The translations under genes and the position numbers were made by a program. From the NCBI GenBank assembly GCA_017451045.1, contig JAFSSK010000119.1:1-61985 (forward strand): 61,985 nt of DNA, in the 5' to 3' direction. This document shows positions 1-9,091 of this stretch, in pieces. Position 1 is the first letter of the stretch, and each line of letters starts with the position of its first letter. The DNA comes from Clostridia bacterium (lineage in GTDB: Bacteria; Bacillota; Clostridia; Oscillospirales; CAG-272). Under the pieces are notes generated by a model that ran no database searches, had not been told where the DNA came from, and worked only from the letters and a program-made list of their open reading frames with translations.

Positions 1-7
1 GATCTGA

Positions 8-202
8 CTTGTTTTTTATAACATGTGCACAGTTTGGAAAAGGAAAATTTGTGCAACATTTTTTTTGGGGCTTCAAGGGCTAACTCCGGAAAAATATAGT
101 GCTCACTCCGGAAGACGGGTCGTCTGCTTCTCCGTCTGCGAGGGGGACGAGGTGGAGGCGGTCTACGCCTACTGCAATCTCCACAGTCTGTGGAAGGCAT
201 AA
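8..202 (+). pseudogene. Superoxide reductase (desulfoferrodoxin/neelaredoxin)-like 3' gene remnant
   Basis: Reading frame open 8..202 (ATG at 23, 59 codons, below the ORF-track cutoff). It ends ...PEKYSAHSGRRVVCFSVCEGDEVEAVYAYCNLHSLWKA*, which resembles from memory the C-terminal YCNxHGxW Cys/His ligand region of superoxide reductases. The upstream His ligands are absent. The 5' part is AT-rich with a T8 run at 59-66. A strong terminator follows. Confidence 0.35.
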
Positions 203-216
203 CCTGTTCATACTCA

Positions 217-249
217 TGGCATCCGCCGCGCGGCGGATGCCATTTTTTT
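217..249 (+). terminator. Rho-independent terminator
   Basis: Perfect 26-nt GC-rich palindrome TGGCATCCGCCGCGCGGCGGATGCCA (217-242) followed by T7 (243-249). Confidence 0.85.
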
Positions 250-272
250 GAAAAAACCTACGCGCGCGGGTG

Positions 273-301
273 TTGAAAAAATAAAATATAAATGTTATAA
301 T
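273..301 (+). promoter_or_regulatory. Sigma-A-type promoter
   Basis: TTGAAA (273-278), 17-nt spacer, TATAAT (296-301), about 40 nt upstream of the ATG at 340. GGGAGG RBS before the start. Confidence 0.6.
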
Positions 302-339
302 CAAAATAGAAAAACATTAGATTTCGGGAGGACTCCGAC

Positions 340-2556
340 ATGGCATACATACGGGACAGGAAAGAAGAATTGACCGGCTTCCAGGAATCCGGCGTTTTCC
401 AGGGCGAGATCGACATCCAGAGCGATTTCGTGATGGTCTACCGGATGAACGACTCCACCGCGGACCGCATCAGACAGTTTCGGGAGGCGGGTTACGTCAT
501 CCACCTGATGGTCGGTATCTCCTGGGGAGCGTACGGAGACTACCTGGACGGCCAATGGGACGGCAAGAACCACCGGGACGAGTCGCAGGAAGACCGCTTC
601 GGCAACCGCATCATGCACGGCTCGGGTCCCTGGGCCTGCCCTTATATGGTCCCGACGATCTCTTTCGCGGATTATCTGTCCGAGAAACTGCGCAAGGCGG
701 TCGACATGGGCGTTGAGGCTATCCACGTGGAGGAGCCCGAGTTCTGGGACCGCGGCGGATACTCGCCGGCTTTCAAGAGAGAATACCTGATGTATTACAA
801 AACCCCCTGGGTCGCACCGCATACGTCCGCAGACGCCAGATACAAATGCGCGAAACTCAAAGCGTATCTGTACCGCAGGACCATCGACCGCGTGGCTTCG
901 TCCGTCAAATCGTACGGACTGGAGGCCCATGACCGCCTGATCCGTTTCTACGTTCCCACTCACTCCCTGCTCAACTATACGCAGTGGAAGATCGTCAGCC
1001 CCGAGGCATCCCTGACGGAAGTTCCGGCCGTCGACGGATACATCGCGCAGATCTGGACGGGAACGTCCCGGGAGAAAAACGCATTCGAAGGCAAGATCGA
1101 CGAACGGACGTTCGAGACCGCCTACCTGGAGTACGGCGTCATGCAGGAGCTCGTCAAGGGGACAGGCAGGCAGATGTGGTTCCTGCACGACCCGATCGAG
1201 GACCAGCCGTGCTACGACTGGGACGACTATCAGACCAACTACCTGAAGACCGTCACGGCGTCTCTTCTCCATCCGTACATCAACACATTCGAGATCTGCC
1301 CCTGGCCCCGCCGGGTCTTCGAAGATGAAAAATATCCGCGCAACAGCCCGGACGCCAGGACCATCGGAGACGAGTACAGGACGCTGCTGATGAGCAATTT
1401 CCAGCTGCTCGGAGACATCCCGAAAGCGGCTTCCAGCTCTTCTTTGAAAGTGGGCCTTTTGCTGAGCGACACGTCCCTTTACCAGAGAGACTACCCGGAC
1501 GGCGTCCTAAGGGGCGGTCCGAACAACGAGGTCGGAACGGTCCTGCGCACCAGCGACGAGGAACTGAAAGAGGTCGAAACCGTCCTGTTCGCAGGGAAGG
1601 GCGACATGGATCTGCGGCTCAGATATGAAAAGTCCAACATGCTTCCCGGCTTTTATGGCCTGGGTCTGCCCCTGCTGAAATACGGACTGCCGATCCGGCC
1701 CGTCCTTCTGGATAACGCAAGACGCTTCGTAGGCTACCTGAACGATTACCAGGTCATCGTCATGAGCTATGAGTACTGCAAGCCGGACTACCCGGACGAG
1801 AACGCCGCTCTTGCCACATGGGTCAGAGAAGGCGGCACGCTTCTGTACGTCGGGAACGGGCAGGATCCCTACCACCGGATCAACAGTTTCTGGACAGGGA
1901 AGTACCCGACGGCTGCCGAACACCTGTTCGACCTTCTCGGTATCACCGCGCCGGAAAAGGACAGCCAGGGCGTGTATAACGTCGGGAAGGGTCTTGTTGC
2001 CGTCTGGAACACGCATCCGTCCGATTTCACTTGGTCCTATGAAAAAGCCCAGGCATGGCGCGACTTCTTCGGCAGCGTCATCCGGAAAAAAGGCTATGAA
2101 TGGACCCCGCGCAACTATATCACGGAGCAGAGAGGCCCGTACCTCGTGGCAGCCGTGTTCAGCGAGAACAAGGATACCGCCCCGCTCAAGCTGAAGGGAT
2201 TCTTCACAGACATGTACTCAACCGACTATATGGTCTGGGCCGATCCGGAGCTGAACCCGGGCGAGAACAGGGTCTACTTCGACTTTTCCAAGATAGAGGG
2301 CGAGTCCCTGCGCATCATCGGAACGTCCGCCCGCGTCTTCAGACTCGAAGCCAAAGACGACTGCGTGGAACTGGAGGAAAAGGCGGCTGCACTGGTCAAG
2401 GTGTTCACACGCATCCGCGTCCCGTTCCAGGTCAGCTGCGACGACCCCGACATCCGCTGCATCTGCGATCCGCAGACCCGCACGGTCCTTATCAGTTACG
2501 ACAGCAGGAACGAACGCCGCATGATCCGTCTGCAGAAAACAGGCGAATGGAACTGA
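340..2556 (+). CDS. Uncharacterized 738-aa protein, possibly glycoside-hydrolase-like (TIM-barrel N-domain plus amidotransferase-like middle domain)
   Basis: Long ORF with a GGGAGG RBS. The N-terminal segment ...AVDMGVEAIHVEEPEFWDRGGY... resembles acid/base-Glu strands of GH TIM barrels. The middle segment ...VREGGTLLYVGNGQD... is reminiscent of GH42-type trimerisation domains. I recognise no family confidently. Confidence 0.8.
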   Translation: MAYIRDRKEELTGFQESGVFQGEIDIQSDFVMVYRMNDSTADRIRQFREAGYVIHLMVGISWGAYGDYLDGQWDGKNHRDESQEDRFGNRIMHGSGPWACPYMVPTISFADYLSEKLRKAVDMGVEAIHVEEPEFWDRGGYSPAFKREYLMYYKTPWVAPHTSADARYKCAKLKAYLYRRTIDRVASSVKSYGLEAHDRLIRFYVPTHSLLNYTQWKIVSPEASLTEVPAVDGYIAQIWTGTSREKNAFEGKIDERTFETAYLEYGVMQELVKGTGRQMWFLHDPIEDQPCYDWDDYQTNYLKTVTASLLHPYINTFEICPWPRRVFEDEKYPRNSPDARTIGDEYRTLLMSNFQLLGDIPKAASSSSLKVGLLLSDTSLYQRDYPDGVLRGGPNNEVGTVLRTSDEELKEVETVLFAGKGDMDLRLRYEKSNMLPGFYGLGLPLLKYGLPIRPVLLDNARRFVGYLNDYQVIVMSYEYCKPDYPDENAALATWVREGGTLLYVGNGQDPYHRINSFWTGKYPTAAEHLFDLLGITAPEKDSQGVYNVGKGLVAVWNTHPSDFTWSYEKAQAWRDFFGSVIRKKGYEWTPRNYITEQRGPYLVAAVFSENKDTAPLKLKGFFTDMYSTDYMVWADPELNPGENRVYFDFSKIEGESLRIIGTSARVFRLEAKDDCVELEEKAAALVKVFTRIRVPFQVSCDDPDIRCICDPQTRTVLISYDSRNERRMIRLQKTGEWN

Positions 2557-2641
2557 TCCACATCACAGCATAAAAATTACAGATTATAGAAAGGAGTCCC
2601 GGATCCCGGCGCTCAGCCGCAAGGGTCCGGTCAAAACCACC

Positions 2642-2887
2642 ATGAAAGAACTGACAATCAAACTGTCCACCATCGCCGACGTCCGCGATTTCATTTCAGC
2701 CGTCACCGCGTTCTGCGGGTCCGTCGACCTCATTTCCGGCCGTTATACCGTTGACGGCAAATCCGTCATGGGCATTTTCAGCCTGGATCTGCTCTCCCCC
2801 ATCACCGTCAGGATCACTGAAAACAAGGCGGAAGGCGGAGACGAAGCCGCTCTGGCGGCAGAACTTGCCAAACGCTTCGGCGTCTGA
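2642..2887 (+). CDS. HPr-family (Crh-like) protein lacking the His15 phosphorylation site
   Basis: 81 aa. It aligns by eye with HPr/Crh: VDGKSVMGIFSL matches the Ser46 region (N/KxKSIMGxMSL). The His15 region GIHARPA is replaced by TIADVRDF. Confidence 0.7.
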   Translation: MKELTIKLSTIADVRDFISAVTAFCGSVDLISGRYTVDGKSVMGIFSLDLLSPITVRITENKAEGGDEAALAAELAKRFGV

Positions 2888-2944
2888 TCTAGAGGCAGAT
2901 TCCAAAGCCTTCCCGAACCGGGCCGGCTAACATCGGAGGAAAAT

Positions 2945-3778
2945 ATGGAAAAAAGCAAACTCTCTCAGTTGAAAAAAACAGCCACCAACGTGCGGATTGG
3001 CATCATCGAGTCCGTTCACAGCGCGAAATCCGGCCATCCGGGCGGATCTCTGTCGATCGCGGACATCCTGACCTACCTGTATTTCGAGGAAATGCACATA
3101 GACCCGGCTGATCCGAAAGCGCCCGGACGGGACCGCCTGGTGCTGTCCAAGGGCCACGCGGCGCCGGCTCTGTATTCCGTTCTGGCGGAACGGGGCTACC
3201 TGCCAAAATCCGATCTTCTGACGCTGCGGAAGATCGATTCCTACCTGCAGGGACATCCGGACATGAAGCATACGCCGGGCGTCGACATGACGACAGGCTC
3301 ACTGGGCCTCGGCATTTCCGCCGCCTGCGGCATGGCGCTTTCCGCAAAGATTGGGAACGAACCGTACAGGACCTATGCCATCCTCGGCGATGGGGAAAGC
3401 GAAGAGGGACAGGTTTGGGAGGCGCTGATGTTCGCGTCCCACTACCACCTGGACAATCTTTGCGTGATCCTGGACTGGAACGGACTTCAGATCGACGGAC
3501 CCGTTGAACAGGTCATGAACAACACGCCGTACGCCGAGAAGTTCGCATCGTTCGGTTATGAGGTGGTCTCTGTCGACGCCCACGATTTCGAACAGCTGGA
3601 AAAAGCCTTTGCGAAAGCCAGACAGACAAAAGGCAGACCGACTGCGATCATCGCGAAGTCCGTCAAGGGAAAAGGCGTCTCCTTCATGGAGAATCAGGTG
3701 GGCTGGCACGGCGCCGCGCCGAACGACGAGCAGTACGAACAGGCGATGGCCGAGCTGACAGCGGCCCTCAAGGCTTAA
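2945..3778 (+). CDS. Transketolase, N-terminal (TPP-binding) subunit
   Basis: 277 aa with GHPGGSLS, SKGHAAPALY and GDGESEEGQVWEA motifs typical of split transketolase. Confidence 0.93.
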   Translation: MEKSKLSQLKKTATNVRIGIIESVHSAKSGHPGGSLSIADILTYLYFEEMHIDPADPKAPGRDRLVLSKGHAAPALYSVLAERGYLPKSDLLTLRKIDSYLQGHPDMKHTPGVDMTTGSLGLGISAACGMALSAKIGNEPYRTYAILGDGESEEGQVWEALMFASHYHLDNLCVILDWNGLQIDGPVEQVMNNTPYAEKFASFGYEVVSVDAHDFEQLEKAFAKARQTKGRPTAIIAKSVKGKGVSFMENQVGWHGAAPNDEQYEQAMAELTAALKA

Positions 3779-3793
3779 CGGGAGGACACAGAT

Positions 3794-4732
3794 ATGGCAA
3801 AAATGGCAACAAGAGAAGCCTATGGAAACGCGCTTGCGCAACTGGGCGAAAAATATGATTTCGTCGTGCTGGACGCCGATCTGGCTGCCGCCACGAAAAC
3901 CGGCATTTTCAAGAAGAAATATCCCGAAAGATTCTTTGACTGCGGCATCCAGGAAGCCAACATGATGGGCGTCGCGGCCGGGATCGCCACCACGGGCAGG
4001 ATCCCTGTGGTCTCAACATTCGCGATGTTCGCCGCCGGCCGGGCCTATGAGCCTATCCGCAACGCCATCGGATACCCCCATCTCAACGTGAAGATATGCG
4101 CCACGCACGCCGGCATAACCGTCGGCGAGGACGGCGCGACACACCAGTGCAACGAGGATATCGCGCTGATGCGCACCATCCCCGGCATGACAGTCATCTG
4201 TCCCGCGGACCAGGCGGAGACCGCCGCGGCGCTGGAAACGGCGCTCACAACAGACGGCCCGTTCTACATCCGTCTGGGAAGATTCGCCGTCCCGGACGTG
4301 CACGGCGAGGACTACCGGTTCACGCTCGGCAAGAGCGACCTGCTCCGGGCCGGAACGGACGTGACGGTCGTAGCGACCGGCTTTATGGTCCATCTGGCGC
4401 TTGAAGCGGCGGAAAAGCTCCAGGAGAGCGGTGTTTCCGCCCGCGTCATCGATATGCACACCGTCAAGCCCCTAGACCGCGACGCGCTTCTTGCCGCCGC
4501 AAAGGAGACCGGCGCGATCGTCACGGCAGAAGAGCATTCCGTTATCGGCGGGCTCGGCGGAGCCGTGAGCGAAGCGGTAGCCGAACTGTGCCCCGTCCCC
4601 GTCCTGAAGGTCGGTCTGAACGACACCTTCGGCCGCTCCGGGAACGTGCCTGCGCTGCTGGAACGATACGGCCTGACGTCCGATCAGATCGTCCAGAAGG
4701 CGCTGGCGGCGATCGCGATGAAACGCTCATGA
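3794..4732 (+). CDS. Transketolase, C-terminal (pyrimidine-binding) subunit
   Basis: 312 aa. Contains FDCGIQEANMMGVAAG and THAGITVGEDGATHQ motifs. Sits directly downstream of the N-terminal subunit. Confidence 0.93.
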   Translation: MAKMATREAYGNALAQLGEKYDFVVLDADLAAATKTGIFKKKYPERFFDCGIQEANMMGVAAGIATTGRIPVVSTFAMFAAGRAYEPIRNAIGYPHLNVKICATHAGITVGEDGATHQCNEDIALMRTIPGMTVICPADQAETAAALETALTTDGPFYIRLGRFAVPDVHGEDYRFTLGKSDLLRAGTDVTVVATGFMVHLALEAAEKLQESGVSARVIDMHTVKPLDRDALLAAAKETGAIVTAEEHSVIGGLGGAVSEAVAELCPVPVLKVGLNDTFGRSGNVPALLERYGLTSDQIVQKALAAIAMKRS

Positions 4733-5061
4733 CGCTGGAGACCAAACGGTTTACAAAAAATGACTCCGGGTTCGTCTGCGAACACTGCGGCAGGGAAGTC
4801 CCGCCGCTCGGCTACACCTCCAGGAACCATTGCCCGTTCTGCCTGTGGTCGAAACATGTCGACGTCCTTCCCGGAGACAGAGCCTGCGCCTGCGGGGGGC
4901 TTATGGAACCGGTTTCCTGCATCCCGGACAGCAGACGCGGCTATATTCTGACGCACCGCTGCGTCAAATGCGGATTCACGGGCCGGAACAAGGCAGCCGT
5001 CGGATCCGAGACCCCGGACGATCTTTCCCTGTTGATTCAACTGACCGCAAATAACAAGTAA
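4729..5061 (+). CDS. RNHCP domain-containing Cys-rich protein
   Basis: The ATG at 4729 overlaps the transketolase stop (ATGA). 110 aa with FVCEHCG...SRNHCPFCLWSKH...CACGG...HRCVKCG (RNHCP signature, several CxxC pairs). The longer track ORF from 4588 overlaps tkt and is rejected. Confidence 0.75.
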   Translation: MTLETKRFTKNDSGFVCEHCGREVPPLGYTSRNHCPFCLWSKHVDVLPGDRACACGGLMEPVSCIPDSRRGYILTHRCVKCGFTGRNKAAVGSETPDDLSLLIQLTANNK

Positions 5062-5077
5062 GGAACGGTGACACGTT

Positions 5078-6037
5078 ATGCCTGCTACTTTCGAACAGCC
5101 CGTTTTAAAGAACTGCACCCTGCAGTGCTTCTCATTCATCTCCTCGGACGGAAAGACGGCCGTAGCCGCCTACCGTTTCGATCCTCTAGGCCCCGTCAAG
5201 GCCGTTTTGCAGATCTCGCACGGCATGTGCGAGTATATCATGCGGTACGCCGCGTTCGCGGACAGTCTAGCCGCTGAAGGCATCGCCGTCTGGGGCCACG
5301 ACCATCTCGGTCACGGCGCAACGGCGCAGACGGCAGACGATCTGGGATTCATCGCCGAAAGCGACGGCGCGCGTCTTCTGGTCGAAGACGTCCATAAAAT
5401 GACGCAGGAGATCCGGAAGGAATACCCCGGCACGCCGCTCGTCCTGTTCGGACACAGCATGGGGTCCTTCGTCGCCAGGCAGTATCTGGCCGTCTACGGA
5501 GAGGAGCTGAATGCCGCCATCATCTGCGGCACCGCGGGCCCGCAAAGCCCCGCAGGGGCCGGAAAGATCATGGCCTCCGTCATCAGAGCGTTCAAAGGGA
5601 AACGCCACCGCAGCAATTTCTTGAAAAACGTGTCTTTCGCTGGATATACGAAGACATATGAAAAAGGATGCTCGCCGCTGGCGTGGCTGACAAGGGACGA
5701 AGCCGTCGTTGAAAAATACAGCAAGGATCCCCTTTGCATGTACGTCTTCACCGTCGAAGCATACTACGATCTGTTCGATCTGCTGGCTGGCGTTTCGTCA
5801 AAGAAATGGGCGGCGCAGGTCCCCGCAAAGCTGCCGGTCCTTGTGATCAGCGGCGAGGATGATCCCGTCGGCTCCTGGGGGAAAGGCCCGAGAACCGTTT
5901 ACGAACGCCTGCAGAATGCAGGGCTGTCTGACGTGAAACTGATCCTGTACCCGGGCGCGAGACACGAGATCCACAACGAAACGAACAAAGAAGAAGTGAT
6001 CCGGGACATCCTGAACTGGATCCGGGACAGAATCTGA
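5078..6037 (+). CDS. Alpha/beta hydrolase (lysophospholipase / monoacylglycerol-lipase-like)
   Basis: 319 aa with the nucleophile elbow GHSMGS, HDHLGHG, and C-terminal YPGARHEIHNE (catalytic His). Confidence 0.8.
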   Translation: MPATFEQPVLKNCTLQCFSFISSDGKTAVAAYRFDPLGPVKAVLQISHGMCEYIMRYAAFADSLAAEGIAVWGHDHLGHGATAQTADDLGFIAESDGARLLVEDVHKMTQEIRKEYPGTPLVLFGHSMGSFVARQYLAVYGEELNAAIICGTAGPQSPAGAGKIMASVIRAFKGKRHRSNFLKNVSFAGYTKTYEKGCSPLAWLTRDEAVVEKYSKDPLCMYVFTVEAYYDLFDLLAGVSSKKWAAQVPAKLPVLVISGEDDPVGSWGKGPRTVYERLQNAGLSDVKLILYPGARHEIHNETNKEEVIRDILNWIRDRI

Positions 6038-6501
6038 TGGCCATTCAAACCATTGAAGAGATCGCCGCCACCGCCGGCCGCGTGATGGGCGTGGATTTCG
6101 GAGACAGAAGGACAGGTCTTGCCGTTTCGGACGAATCCCGTTTCCTGGCCTCCGGCATCGGCTGCATCTCGCCGGGCGGTCTTGTCAAAACGGCGGAACA
6201 GGTCGCGCAGATCGTAAAGGAAAAGAACATACGCGCCGTTGTCGTGGGACTTCCCGTCAACATGGACGGATCCCTCGGGGCACGGGCGGACCGGTGCCGG
6301 GAATTCGCCGAAACGCTTTCGGCTCTTCTTGGCGGAGATATGCCTGTCTGCCTTTTCGACGAGCGGCTGACGACCGTCGCGGCGACAAGGTTTCTGAACG
6401 AGACGAACACGAGAGGCGCCAAGCGCAAAGAGGTCGTCGATACGCTTTCCGCCCAGATCATTCTGCAGAACAGTCTGGACAGAATCAAAAACATGCGCTA
6501 G
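6037..6501 (+). CDS. ruvX: Holliday junction resolvase-like / pre-16S rRNA nuclease RuvX (YqgF)
   Basis: 154 aa with the N-terminal VMGVDFGDRRTGLAVSD motif and LPVNMDGS. The start overlaps the previous stop (ATGA-type). Confidence 0.88.
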   Translation: MAIQTIEEIAATAGRVMGVDFGDRRTGLAVSDESRFLASGIGCISPGGLVKTAEQVAQIVKEKNIRAVVVGLPVNMDGSLGARADRCREFAETLSALLGGDMPVCLFDERLTTVAATRFLNETNTRGAKRKEVVDTLSAQIILQNSLDRIKNMR

Positions 6502-6514
6502 GAGAGAAGCATCC

Positions 6515-7885
6515 ATGTCTAAAACAAGAACGGAACACGATTCCATGGGCGATATCGCCGTCCCGGCGGAAAGATACTGGGGCGCGCAGACGCAGCGCAG
6601 CCTGGAGAATTTCCCCGTCGGCACGGAAAAAATGCCGGCCGAGATCATCGAGGCGTTCGCCCTTCTGAAAAAAGCGGCCGCTGCCGTGAACGCGGAGCTG
6701 CTGCCGCAGAAAATGACTGCAGAAAAAAAAGAGATGATCTTCCTCGCCTGCGACGAGATCCTGGCCGGCAACCTTGCGCAGGAATTCCCGCTTTCCGTCT
6801 GGCAGACGGGCAGCGGGACGCAGAGCAACATGAACGTCAACGAAGTGATCGCGAACTACGGCAACCGCCGCTGCGGCGAAAAGCTTCTGCACCCGAACGA
6901 CGACGTCAATATGTCTCAGAGTTCCAACGACACTTTCCCGACAGCTATGCACGTGGCGGCCGCGAAAGCTGTCTCTTCCCGTCTCATACCGGCAGTGGAC
7001 CGCATGATCGGGACGATGAAGGAACTGGAAAAGAAAAACCCGTATATCAAATCCGGCAGGACGCACCTGCAGGACGCGACGCCTATCCGCTTCTCGCAGG
7101 AGATAGCAGGCTGGAGAGGCATGCTGGAAGTGTCCCGCGAACAGCTGGCCCTTTCTCTCAAAGGCCTGTGCTCGCTCGCGATCGGAGGGACCGCTGTCGG
7201 GACAGGTCTCAACGCGCCTGTCGGCTTCGGCGAAAAGACCGCCGCTTACCTGGCAGAGGCGACGGGGCTCCCCTTCAGGGATGACCCCAACAAATTCCAC
7301 GCGCTGACGGCAAAAGACGAAATGGTCTTCGCCCACGGCGCGCTGAAGGCGCTCGCGGCTGATCTCTGGAAGATCGCAAACGATATCCGCTGGCTGGCCA
7401 GCGGCCCGCGGTGCGGTCTGGGCGAGATCCGCATCCCGGAAAACGAACCGGGATCATCCATCATGCCGGGGAAGGTCAATCCCACGCAGTGCGAATCCGT
7501 GACGATGGTCGCCCTTCAGGTGATCGCCAACGACACGGCCGTCGGCATGGCGGCTTCCCAGGGCAATTTCGAACTGAACGTATTCATGCCCGTTCTGGCA
7601 TACAATTTCCTCCAGTCCGCAAGACTCCTGGCGGACAGCCTGGATTCCTTCAGGGAAAGATGCGTGAGCGGCATCGTCGCCGTTCCGGAAAAGATGGCTG
7701 AAAACCTGAACAGATCTTTGATGCTCGTCACAGCGCTGAGCCCGCATATCGGCTATGAGAACGCCGCGAAATGCGCGCATAAAGCGTATGAAGAAAACAT
7801 ATCTCTGAAAGAGGCCTGCGTCCGGCTCGGGTATTTGGACGCAACCGCGTTTGATCAGATTTTCCATCCCGAGCAGATGGTCTGA
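6515..7885 (+). CDS. fumC: Class II fumarate hydratase
   Basis: 456 aa. Contains the GSSIMPGKVNPTQCE signature of the fumarase/aspartase family, plus SSNDTFPTAMH. Confidence 0.95.
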   Translation: MSKTRTEHDSMGDIAVPAERYWGAQTQRSLENFPVGTEKMPAEIIEAFALLKKAAAAVNAELLPQKMTAEKKEMIFLACDEILAGNLAQEFPLSVWQTGSGTQSNMNVNEVIANYGNRRCGEKLLHPNDDVNMSQSSNDTFPTAMHVAAAKAVSSRLIPAVDRMIGTMKELEKKNPYIKSGRTHLQDATPIRFSQEIAGWRGMLEVSREQLALSLKGLCSLAIGGTAVGTGLNAPVGFGEKTAAYLAEATGLPFRDDPNKFHALTAKDEMVFAHGALKALAADLWKIANDIRWLASGPRCGLGEIRIPENEPGSSIMPGKVNPTQCESVTMVALQVIANDTAVGMAASQGNFELNVFMPVLAYNFLQSARLLADSLDSFRERCVSGIVAVPEKMAENLNRSLMLVTALSPHIGYENAAKCAHKAYEENISLKEACVRLGYLDATAFDQIFHPEQMV

Positions 7886-7899
7886 CGGGAAAGGCAGTT

Positions 7900-9072
7900 A
7901 TGGATATCAGACAGGAATCATTAAAAAAGCATTACGACTGGCGCGGGAAGATCGAAGTCGTCTCCCGCGTGAAGATCAATGACAGACACGATCTGTCCCT
8001 GGCGTATACGCCGGGTGTGGCGGAGCCGTGCCTGGTGATACAGAAAAACCCCGAAAAATCGTTCGAACTGACGCGCAGGTCCAACCTCGTCGCCGTCATC
8101 ACCGACGGAACGGCAGTCCTTGGACTCGGAAACATCGGCCCTGAGGCCGGCATGCCCGTCATGGAGGGGAAGTGCGCGCTGTTCAAGGAATTCGCGGACG
8201 TGGACGCTTTCCCGATCTGCATCCGGACAGACGACGTTGATGAACTGGTGCGGACCATTTACCTCATTTCCGGTTCCTTCGGAGGTATCAATCTTGAGGA
8301 CATCAGCGCGCCGAGATGCTTCGAGGTGGAAAAACGGCTCAACGAGATCTGCGACATCCCCGTTTTTCACGACGACCAGCACGGTACGGCCATCGTCGTC
8401 GGGGCAGCCGTCATCAACGCGCTGAAGGTCGTGGGGAAAAAGCTGGAAGACGTTCGCGTGGTCATCAACGGGGCCGGATCCGCCGGAACGGCGATCGGAT
8501 ACCATCTTTTGCGCCTCGGCGTCAGGAACCTGATGATGGTGGACAGATTCGGCATCCTTTGCGAAGATGACACATCGCTCAATCCGGCTCACGCCGCGAT
8601 CGCCGCAGTCACGAACAGGGAACGCCGGACCGGCTTCCTGGCCGACGCCATGGCGGGCGCAGACGTATTCGTAGGCGTATCCGCACCCGGGATCGTCAGC
8701 CGCGAGATGGTCGCTTCCATGAACCGCGACGCCATCGTTTTTCCGATGGCCAATCCAACGCCCGAGATCATGCCTGACGCCGCATCCGAGGCGGGTGCGA
8801 GGATCGTCGGGACCGGCCGCTCGGATTACCCCAACCAGGTCAACAACGTGCTGGCCTTCCCGGGGATCTTCCGTGGCGCGCTGGACTGCCGGGCGAAATG
8901 CATCAACGACGAAATGAAAATGGCCGCCTCTTTCGCCCTGGCTTCCTTCATTCCGGACAGTGACCTTAGCGAGTGCAACATCATTCCTCAGGCGCTGAAC
9001 AGAGAAGTCGCGGCAGTCGTGGCCAAAGCCGTGACCGAGGCCGCCCGGAGAACCGGCGTGGCCAGAATCTAA
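7900..9072 (+). CDS. NAD(P)-dependent malic enzyme (short form)
   Basis: 390 aa with LSLAYTPGVA, FHDDQHGTAIV and INGAGSAG (Rossmann) motifs. Confidence 0.92.
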   Translation: MDIRQESLKKHYDWRGKIEVVSRVKINDRHDLSLAYTPGVAEPCLVIQKNPEKSFELTRRSNLVAVITDGTAVLGLGNIGPEAGMPVMEGKCALFKEFADVDAFPICIRTDDVDELVRTIYLISGSFGGINLEDISAPRCFEVEKRLNEICDIPVFHDDQHGTAIVVGAAVINALKVVGKKLEDVRVVINGAGSAGTAIGYHLLRLGVRNLMMVDRFGILCEDDTSLNPAHAAIAAVTNRERRTGFLADAMAGADVFVGVSAPGIVSREMVASMNRDAIVFPMANPTPEIMPDAASEAGARIVGTGRSDYPNQVNNVLAFPGIFRGALDCRAKCINDEMKMAASFALASFIPDSDLSECNIIPQALNREVAAVVAKAVTEAARRTGVARI

Positions 9073-9091
9073 TACACCTGGAGGACCTGAT

